Source: Mytilus galloprovincialis (taxonomy: Eukaryota). From it: a stretch of DNA of 64,000 nucleotides. The notes below the pieces were generated by a model. The model saw nothing but the letters and a program-made list of their open reading frames with translations. It was not told the DNA's origin and did no database searches. Of the stretch, positions 60,801 to 64,000 are shown in pieces. Position 1 is the stretch's first letter, and each line of letters begins with the position of its first letter. The DNA lies in contig NC_134841.1 in assembly GCF_965363235.1 (NCBI RefSeq), positions 74,717,723-74,781,722 of the forward strand, in the 5' to 3' direction. A program made the position numbers and the translations under genes.

Positions 60801-62957
60801 TATATATATATATATTTAATATTTACATATATCAGATCTGTTGCCTACATGTGCTGGAATAATAAATATGGTTTTCAATGAGAAAGGATAGAGGTACATT
60901 TTGGAATCTTTTGGATTTAACTAAAAAAAAAAAAAATTGAAGTTGAAATCTGATGTCTAGTTTTGAATTTTTCCATTGTGAAACCTTTTGCTGTACAAGT
61001 TTATTGAAAAATATATATGTAATGCAAGTGTTTTACCATAAGGACAGTATTCAAAGTGCTGTGAATTTTAAGAAAAAAAGGTGTATTTTGATTATGGTTG
61101 TGCAATGTTCAATGCATTTTGCATACAGTGCATGATGTTTGACTTTGAATTGTTAGACATTTAATATATCTCATTTTATTGTCAAGCAAATAATTATCAT
61201 TTAAAAAGAATGTGTTATTTAATTTTACATTTTTGAAGACCTTGAATTTAAATAGAATGTAACATGTTTATTTGCCTTTCAGATATATAACATCTAGACA
61301 GATTTCCTGGCGGCAATCGCTGGAAAATATTTATTCATGATAGTGACCTATACCTTTAGGCTCACAACACTTTTTATAAGCTATCAAAAAATTTCATGTT
61401 AAGAATTTCCCTGAAGTTTTTTGTGACCAACTACCGTAGAAAAATAAACCTTTTTAAATGTCATCAGTTTCATAATATAGTCTGGTGAATTTGTTTTATT
61501 TGCTAAAAATAGCGTAAATATGATATATATTTATGAGACATTAAGCTTTAAGTTATTTGCCAGTAGTGTTAAGAGTTGTAGATATGTACTGGTATCAGAT
61601 TTAAGCTTTCATTTGACAATATTTAGTTGTTTAAAAGAACCACAATGAGTTGGTTCATTGTAAAATATGAAATGAATATGCAGATAAAATGTGTACATGT
61701 GACTGCATGGATATAGGTTTTGGGGAATTGCAAAACAGGGTTGCAAAAAAGGTGGTTTATATCTTTAGATTATAAATCAACGAACAACAGATTTTGTTGA
61801 TTTCAACTTGCTCCTTTGCATATCATGGTATATCTTTTGACAATGAACACTCCAAATTAAGTTCAATTTACCATTTTGTTTCTATATCCTTATTGATTTG
61901 GTATAGTCACATATATATTGGTCATTGCCAAATGTGCAATGAAATCTAAAATGACTGCTTTCAATTTTGTATACAACATTTTATTAGGGCTTTTAGTTGC
62001 GGTTCATTTATAAAATAATATATGTAAATGGCTTAGGGATATATAGTAGTAATTATGCCATAGCACAAAAACTGTCATTTAAATGGAATACATATCTGAT
62101 AATTTCTAATTAGTTACAGTTTTTTTACAGCTTTCAGAGTTTAAACCAATTAATCAGTCTGAATTTAGAAAATCTTGAATCAACATGATATCTTGAGAAG
62201 AAATGTATAATATTTGCCAATATAATCGATTATATATTTACTTGTACTGCTTCGGGGAATGTAGGTATATTGTGCATAAATATTAGTGGTAAAGCTTATC
62301 TTTGTTTACTTTAGAAGTAGTGAAAATTACCTGTCCTATTCAAACTAACTGAATCTGCCAAGTACTTCACATTTGATGCTAGGAGATGCTAGTATTGTAG
62401 TTTGATATCTATATATACTACTAATTTAGGAAGAGACTGATTTCATTAAGCTGCATCTTCTCTGAAACCTTAAAAAGTTGGAAATATTTGTGATATGATG
62501 TATAAATGTAGTGTTTTGTCTTCCTAAATTTATCTTTGAAACAATCTTTGTTCTGCAGAAAATGCCAATATTTGAGAAAATAACCCAATTCCTAAATAGT
62601 TATCAATCCGTGTCTTCAACACTTTCACACATGCTGACAGCTCAGTCCACGTTCTGTCTGAGGAAATCTTCCAGTGGGATCAAATGTTAAGACACAGTTC
62701 TAAGGACATAAGCTTAAAATCAAATTCAAAAAAATATTGTAAAGCTTACTTTGTTTGCTTTATAGAATAGCTAAATATCTAACAGACAAAATCTATCATG
62801 GTCAGTAAAACAGGCAAGACATTTCAATGTGTGCACTCTGCAGAATTATTGCACATTTTGTCACTCAGGTGCCTTTTCTGGATGAAAATATAAATTAAGT
62901 CTTGCTGCCCTTTTCTGCAAATTATTTAGCACCTATCTCTAAACAATAAACTAGCCA

Positions 62958-63175
62958 GTAAACACTGAGGTTGTGAGTTTAAACCCCTTTCAAGTGCACT
63001 CAACTTCAATTGACTAGGATGGTCTGTTTTCCTATTGAAGGTTGGTGGTTTTCTCTGGGCACTCAGGCTTCCTCCACCAATAAAAACTGACCACCACGAA
63101 ATAGTCAAAAAGTGGTGTGCTTAAAGGTTGCATTAAAACACTAAAAAATCAAAATTCAAATCTCTAAACAATACA
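62958..63175 (+). mobile_element. 5'-truncated copy of the tRNA-derived SINE
   Basis: tagccagtaaacactgaggttgtgagtttaaacccc...ccaccaataaaaactgaccaccacgaaatagtc is collinear with 24545-24780. Confidence 0.65.
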
Positions 63176-64000
63176 ACAATATAATATAGTAATAGAGGAA
63201 TATTAAATTTCATAATACAATAATTTTCATGAATCAATATTTATAAATTTCTTAATTTTAAAGAGTTATGAATAGAGTTATTGATGAGAAAAAGTAACTT
63301 AATCTGTAAATCATGTCTATGACAGACTAGAATCAATTCTAACACCTTAACCCTTTCCTCAATAATGACGCTTTTTGACGCCACCCCCTTTACTCCATAA
63401 TGACGCCTTTTGACGCCTGTGTAGTGCTTCAGTTGAAACGTCTTACCAAGGAAAAATCTTTATCAGAACTTATAAAATTTGTATCTAATATAAAAATGAT
63501 ATTCAAGAGAATATTTGACTGGAATTTTATTGATGAAATATTCCTTTTTGCAATGCATTGCTACTTTAAACCTGATGATTTTTTTTAATTGAAAAAATCC
63601 TATGCGAATCAGGTATGTGTAAAAAAAATGTCAATGGAGGAAAGGGTTAAATAAAAGTTTATTCGATTGATGATTTTTGAAGAATACTGTTCTCAATAGT
63701 AAGAACCAGTTCTGTTTGCTGGAAATAGCCAGTTTTGCTTTCTGGAAATGCAATCTTTGTCTTGTACCAATAACTGTTCATGCATTATGTAACATACAAA
63801 CATTTGATTTTAACTTTATTTCCATTGGAAAGTCAATGGTCAATGTGATAAAAAGAATAACTTATCAAAAAATTGAAATACATATAGAAAAGTATTCAAA
63901 TTGTGACCTAACAACATTGTAAATTACTTGATCGCTATTAGAATAGATCAGTCTCATTAAATTTTTTAGGTTTTGATATAAGTTTTTGGATTCTTTGTGA

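Noticed and set aside
61283-61340. Possible terminal polyamine oxidase exon after acceptor tttgcctttcag (R YITSRQISWRQSLENIYS then stop)
   Set aside because: It is phase-compatible with exon 3. However, it lacks the expected W.S.PY.RGSYSY and GEATH FAD-binding segments, and it would truncate the protein at about 417 aa. Chance ORFs of 19 codons are common in AT-rich DNA. The real 3' exons are more likely beyond 64000.

Overview
This window is eukaryotic nuclear DNA, not prokaryotic. It is AT-rich, has GT-AG introns and is packed with SINE- and MITE-like repeats. That, together with a GANWIHG polyamine-oxidase gene, fits an invertebrate, possibly a bivalve mollusc, but this is a guess. No CRISPR array, operon or defence-island architecture is present. 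Two plus-strand protein-coding genes are supported. The first (341-29478) is the 3' part of a large multi-WD40-repeat gene with at least 23 coding exons and a TGA stop at 29476-29478; most exons encode one WD blade of the GH...WD type. Its exact family cannot be assigned without a search (a C-terminal WD array as in TEP1, NWD or APAF-like proteins is one option). The second (47987-57877 and beyond) is the 5' three coding exons of a FAD-dependent polyamine oxidase of the PAOX/SMOX family, with a GGGISG Rossmann motif and a GANWIHG motif. The WD40 gene carries four same-orientation copies of a 1.8-2.4 kb composite non-autonomous element in four different introns. It also carries a MITE with about 110-bp palindromic terminal inverted repeats, an 8-copy 122-bp tandem array that duplicates the acceptor and 5' part of one exon, and SINE insertions. 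Its 3' end is embedded in a complex repeat landscape: 500-bp units, a 161-bp satellite, a (GGGC)n tract, and a distant inverted copy at 34.2-34.9 kb. The intergenic region holds several other elements. There is a non-autonomous hAT-like element with a perfect 8-bp target-site duplication (44882-46442). There is a TA-flanked Tc1/mariner-like MITE (52363-52915, in polyamine oxidase intron 2). There is an 877-bp tandem duplication with a partial inverted copy, several long foldback hairpins, and a possible minus-strand first exon of an unknown low-complexity protein (37636-38160). All calls come from reading the sequence and the ORF track by eye; no database search could be run. Repeat family names and the WD gene identity remain open.
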